DNA of 37,079 bases. Source: Phoronis australis. Its lineage: Eukaryota; Animalia; Phoronida. Every line of letters starts with the position of its first letter. Position 1 is the stretch's first letter. The notes under the pieces were generated by a model, which saw only the letters and a program-made list of their open reading frames with translations, was not told where the DNA came from and did not search any database. Made by a program: the position numbers and the translations under genes. Positions 36,007 to 37,079 of the stretch are shown one piece after another. The stretch spans positions 20,453 through 57,531 of the forward strand of contig NMRA01000553.1 in the NCBI GenBank assembly GCA_002633005.1. Direction: 5' to 3'.

Positions 36007-37079
36007 CTCATCATCCACCTTCATTTTACGGTCTCATTCTATGTTCGCTTAAATTGCCACATGGTCAGGACATCTAGGTCAGTCCTGGTAAAGCGTTATA
36101 ATCTTAAATGTTCTAGGGATGATTTCAAGAGCACCCTCCACGACATTGACATTTATAAATTTCCGTTGATGGTGTATTTGGACCAAAAAATAGTGCAGGT
36201 GGTCTGATACACATTACATCAGATGTGCGTCGGCCACTCAGCCCATTGCACGAAACATCTGAAGCCGCTTAATGTTCTTTATATTGTCATATACATACTA
36301 TAACACATGTACCGTACATAAATTAAGAACAGTCTGAGGACCTAATGACCCCTCTCAACACTCCAGCTATTGAGGTGGTGAGGAGACATTCGTGGTTGTC
36401 TAACTGTTCTGAAGATGATCCCTTTCCAGTAGAGCTTGTCTTGCTTCTTACCTCTGTCAGCGTTTTTTGGTAAGTCGTTATATTGTGAAACTACAAGCAT
36501 TCTCCCGAATCATGTGAACCGAGCAGAAGATTCAAAGTCACCTGCCATATGTTGTATCAGTGCTCGATTTGAGAACTTACATGCCACGAAGTTATCGCGA
36601 CTGCGAGTATCAGAGTTTGATAATAATCCCCCAAAATCCATTTCAAAGTTAGTGTCGACTTCCAAACTTCAAATATACGAACAGTTTTCCTAGATTGTGT
36701 ACCTTTGGTTCACAATTGTTCCCAATAGTTTCAATTTTTGGTGAGAAAGTTTCTTTAGATGAAGCGAGCGGGAGGGTATGTCTTCCGAACTACAAGGTGC
36801 ATCACATGAGCTGAAGTAGGTATGACAGGTTTACCACCACTCAGTGCCCTCTGTGGGTCTTCTCTTTCTTTCTTGCTAAGGTGCTAAGTGAACAGTTGAT
36901 GAAAATTCTACAATACAAGCTAGGGGCAAATTCCCACAACTTAACCAATTTTGCCGAGTAGACTTTGAAGCGGGAAGTATGTACAAAAGTGCTGGAAGTC
37001 ATTTGTTTTTAAGTTTGTTTTGAAGCTGAATAAAAGTTTTGTCAAATTTTTCTTGAAGCTTGAAACAATTTGAGAAATA

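Noticed and set aside
925-36693. The many 60-110 aa ORFs in the supplied track
   Set aside because: They lack family motifs, often use non-ATG starts and overlap repeats. Only 4815-5267, 7228-7443 and 19911-20225 contain recognisable coding remnants or an exon.
36759-36819. Plus-strand AG...GT segment as exon 2 of the gene starting at 22004
   Set aside because: In the required phase it hits a stop before the longer donor and shows no recognisable homology.

Overview
AT-rich, repeat-dense eukaryotic (animal, probably invertebrate) draft-genome sequence with short N gaps next to poly-G runs. Almost all ORFs in the supplied track look like chance ORFs or transposon debris. The main real gene is a minus-strand, spliced stomatin/band-7 (SPFH) family gene. 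Three coding exons are visible: a candidate exon 1 at 18559-18460, exon 2 at 7388-7282 and exon 4 at 3779-3697. The conserved exon 3 (VVQEYERAVIFRLGR...GPG) could not be found between exons 2 and 4, and the 3' exons lie outside the window or in a gap. A candidate first coding exon of a second, divergently transcribed gene starts at 22004 (+). The rest is intron and intergenic DNA packed with mobile-element remnants: a tRNA-derived SINE plus a truncated copy with TSD, a Penelope RT fragment, RNase H and CR1/L2-type LINE fragments, a Kolobok-like transposase fragment between inverted arms, several MITEs (8-bp, 5-bp, TA and TWA target duplications), palindromes, candidate solo LTRs and minisatellites. 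I found no convincing new biological system; the findings below are leads to check.
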